Made by a program: the position numbers and the translations under genes. The notes below the pieces were generated by a model that saw nothing but the letters and a program-made list of their open reading frames with translations, had not been told where the DNA came from and ran no database searches. Positions 61,920 through 64,000 of a stretch of DNA of 64,000 nt are shown here, in pieces. Every line of letters starts with the position of its first letter. Within the stretch, counting starts at the first letter, position 1. The stretch comes from Thermoplasmata archaeon (GTDB lineage: Archaea; Thermoplasmatota; Thermoplasmata; Lutacidiplasmatales; UBA184). Location: assembly GCA_028864975.1 (NCBI GenBank), contig JAGWLG010000001.1:154980-218979 (forward strand), written 5' to 3'.

Positions 61920-62119
61920 AGGCCCTGATCGTTAACCCGTGCGCCCGCTGCGGTCGTCCCGCGCACCTGCGGTGCACCGTCTGTGGCCGGACCGCTTGCC
62001 GTAGCTGTCTTGACGAGGAGGAGCGGGTCTGCCGGGACTGTGCCGCACAGCCGAAGAAGGACGGACACGGTCTGACAGGTCACCCGCCGTCGCGCAAGGC
62101 GCGACCGGTAGTGCGGTAG
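61898..62119 (+). CDS. small zinc-finger protein
   Basis: CxxC x4 (CARC, CTVC, CRSC, CRDC). Confidence 0.75.
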   Translation: MASRGSLKALIVNPCARCGRPAHLRCTVCGRTACRSCLDEEERVCRDCAAQPKKDGHGLTGHPPSRKARPVVR

Positions 62120-62145
62120 GCCCCCAGGGGTTGCGGCGTTCTCGC

Positions 62146-62466
62146 CTACGGCTCGGCCGGGTCCGGAGGGTAGCGCCCCTCGGTGTCGAAGAGCCGCAGC
62201 GCGGCCGCAGGTAGCTGGAGCCCCAGCCAGACCATCCCGATCCCTACAAGCATCGCGAAGGCGCCCATCACCAGCACGATCGTGGCGTACCACCCCCAGG
62301 TCGAGCAGACGTGCACGAGACCCAGGACCTCCATGCACCCCGGTGAGGGTGCCGCGATGTGAAGGTAGATGTTCGCGAGGATCCCCCCGCCCATCCCCAG
62401 GAGGACCAAGAAGGACCCTCCGGCGATGAGGCCCGCGCGCCGATTGCCACCGACCCCCGGCCGCAT
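62146..62466 (-). CDS. small membrane protein (2 TM)
   Basis: Two hydrophobic helices flanking a Cys-containing loop. Confidence 0.6.
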   Translation of the reverse strand: MRPGVGGNRRAGLIAGGSFLVLLGMGGGILANIYLHIAAPSPGCMEVLGLVHVCSTWGWYATIVLVMGAFAMLVGIGMVWLGLQLPAAALRLFDTEGRYPPDPAEP

Positions 62467-62509
62467 CGGGGGTCCGAACGCTGCTCCCGCTTAAGCTTCG
62501 CGCCGACCG

Positions 62510-64000
62510 TCAGAAAGGCCTTGGCTCGTAGCTCTCCTGCGCGAGGGCCACTTCGGAGGGCGGTTCCTGGGGCTGAAGCTCCGGAGGGAGTCGTCTCCGA
62601 CGGTAGTGGATGGCCAGAGCTATGGCCACGCCTGCGGCCACAAGCACCCCCACGAGGAGAAGGAAGGTCACCAAGTTGTTCGTGAGGAAGCTCAGGGGGC
62701 CGGTTTGGGTGTTCCCGCCGGTCGGTGGTGATTGGGAAGTCGGGCCGGTCGACACCCATGAGAGGTTGAAGTAGAGCCTCACCGAGCCTCCCGCGAGCAA
62801 GGAGACCGTCTGCTGCGCGTCATGGTACCCGCTGGCGGTCACGTTGACGAGGTAGGTCCCGGCTGTCTCTGCGACCCGGAAGCTACCATTGACGGGGGTG
62901 GTCGTCGTTTCCACGATGTGGCCGTTCGAGGCGACCTCGATGGAGATGGTCGCCCCGCTGAGCAGGAAGGCCGAGCTCCCGTTGCGTACCGATCCGATCA
63001 TGACGCCGTCCACCGGCGTGACCGCCGTCACCGTGATCGCGACGGCGTTGGAAGGGGAAGTGTGGGATGCGGAGTCCGTCACAGCGACCGTGGCGGAGAA
63101 GGAGCCCACCGAGCCGTAGGAATGTGCTGCCGACCCGGTCGTCGTGGTCGTGGTGGTCCCATCTCCGAACGCCCAAGCGTAGGAAGTGTAGGTCCCCGAG
63201 CCGCCGGACGGAACCGCGGTGAAGTCGACCTGCGTCCCTACGGTGGTCGACGCGAGAGATGCTGAGAGGACGACCGTGAGTGGTGTACCGCCCGAGCTCG
63301 AGTTCCAGACCGCGATGGGCACCCTCGAACTGGTTCCCGAGACCCCGGACGAGTCGGTCACCGTGACCGAGGCGTTGTAGTGACCCGGTGCAGCATAGGT
63401 GTGGGCTGGATTCTGCGACGTGCTCGTGGCACCGTCGCCGAAGGTCCAAGCAAAGGCCGAATAGGTTCCTGTGCCCCCCGAGGGGGTCGCAGTGAAGGAC
63501 ACCATGAGGGGCGCTTTTCCGCTCGAGACATTGTCAGAGGCCGCCACCGAGGGGTCGGGATTCGCCGTGACGCTGACCGAGTTGGAGACCGCGGACGTCC
63601 CCGAACTGTCCACGACCGTTACCGATGCCGAAAAGGGGCCCGCAGCGGTGTAGATGTGCGTGGGGTTCTGGAGGGCTGACGTCCCCCCGTCGCCGAAGGT
63701 CCACGCGTAGCTCGAATAGCTGCCTGATCCCCCGCTCGGAACGGCCGTGAACCCGACGCTGAGCGGGACATCCCCGCTGAGCGGAGTGCCTGAAGCGACG
63801 ACGCTGAGCGGCGTGCCTCCGCCGCCCGAGACCGTGACCGGAGGCGCGTTCGCCGACGCCGTATGGCCTGCGGAATCATTGACCGTGAGCGTCGCCGTGT
63901 AAGACCCCGCGGAGGCGTACGTGTGCGAGGGGCTCTGCGTCGTCCCGTGGGGCGTCCCGTCCCCGAAGTTCCAGAACCATGAGGAGTACGTTCCGCTCCC
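62510..64000 (-). CDS. multi-PKD cell-surface protein with C-terminal TM anchor (5' end outside window)
   Basis: Frame open to base 64000; four repeats of PSGGSG.Y..WxFGDG...HTY; then a carboxypeptidase-regulatory-like beta domain, TM and basic tail. Confidence 0.9.
   Translation of the reverse strand, partial: GSGTYSSWFWNFGDGTPHGTTQSPSHTYASAGSYTATLTVNDSAGHTASANAPPVTVSGGGGTPLSVVASGTPLSGDVPLSVGFTAVPSGGSGSYSSYAWTFGDGGTSALQNPTHIYTAAGPFSASVTVVDSSGTSAVSNSVSVTANPDPSVAASDNVSSGKAPLMVSFTATPSGGTGTYSAFAWTFGDGATSTSQNPAHTYAAPGHYNASVTVTDSSGVSGTSSRVPIAVWNSSSGGTPLTVVLSASLASTTVGTQVDFTAVPSGGSGTYTSYAWAFGDGTTTTTTTGSAAHSYGSVGSFSATVAVTDSASHTSPSNAVAITVTAVTPVDGVMIGSVRNGSSAFLLSGATISIEVASNGHIVETTTTPVNGSFRVAETAGTYLVNVTASGYHDAQQTVSLLAGGSVRLYFNLSWVSTGPTSQSPPTGGNTQTGPLSFLTNNLVTFLLLVGVLVAAGVAIALAIHYRRRRLPPELQPQEPPSEVALAQESYEPRPF

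Noticed and set aside
62510-64000. Repeated DNA segments as a CRISPR array or tandem repeat
   Set aside because: They are degenerate in-frame PKD domain repeats, not identical repeats with spacers; no CRISPR array, transposase or integrase was seen anywhere in the window

Overview
High-GC archaeal chromosomal window. GatD/GatE, a thermosome subunit, pelota, an intron-containing tRNA and a PKD surface protein show it is archaeal; Thermoplasmatota-like affiliation is my inference. Left to right: (1) 1-5.7 kb, Fe-ADH / ALDH / SRPBCC / GMC oxidoreductase / cupin operon; (2) 5.7-16.6 kb, thioredoxin, regulator-TusA, CysH, PurT, GT4, pelota and a PadR-ABC exporter; (3) 16.6-40.3 kb, a redox/hypoxia-type island with OsmC, a CuA-like cupredoxin plus DoxX protein, six CBS proteins, USP, NifL-like PAS kinase, REC-DUF835-wHTH regulator, two PRTases, a hydrolase, three hemerythrin-like proteins, Fhs, thermosome, an ArcE-like ATPase and a Bat-type regulator, ending in a chorismate mutase-like gene divergent from a U32 Fe-S protein; (4) 40.4-47.6 kb, the core upper anaerobic benzoyl-CoA pathway oah-bcrB-bcrA-bcrD-bcrC-dch-had; (5) 48-55 kb, YcaQ glycosylase and a CGNR / YHS / YHS / CopA copper locus; (6) tRNA-Arg(GCG) with a 32-nt D-loop intron, DUF4139, gatDE, a HAD phosphatase and a partial multi-PKD protein. 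Best leads: the class I benzoyl-CoA reductase operon, the adjacent chorismate mutase-U32-hemerythrin unit (possible prephenate-dependent O2-independent hydroxylation), the DosR-regulon-like island with a shared 26-bp operator, and the D-loop tRNA intron. All assignments come from motif recognition by eye; no database searches were run.
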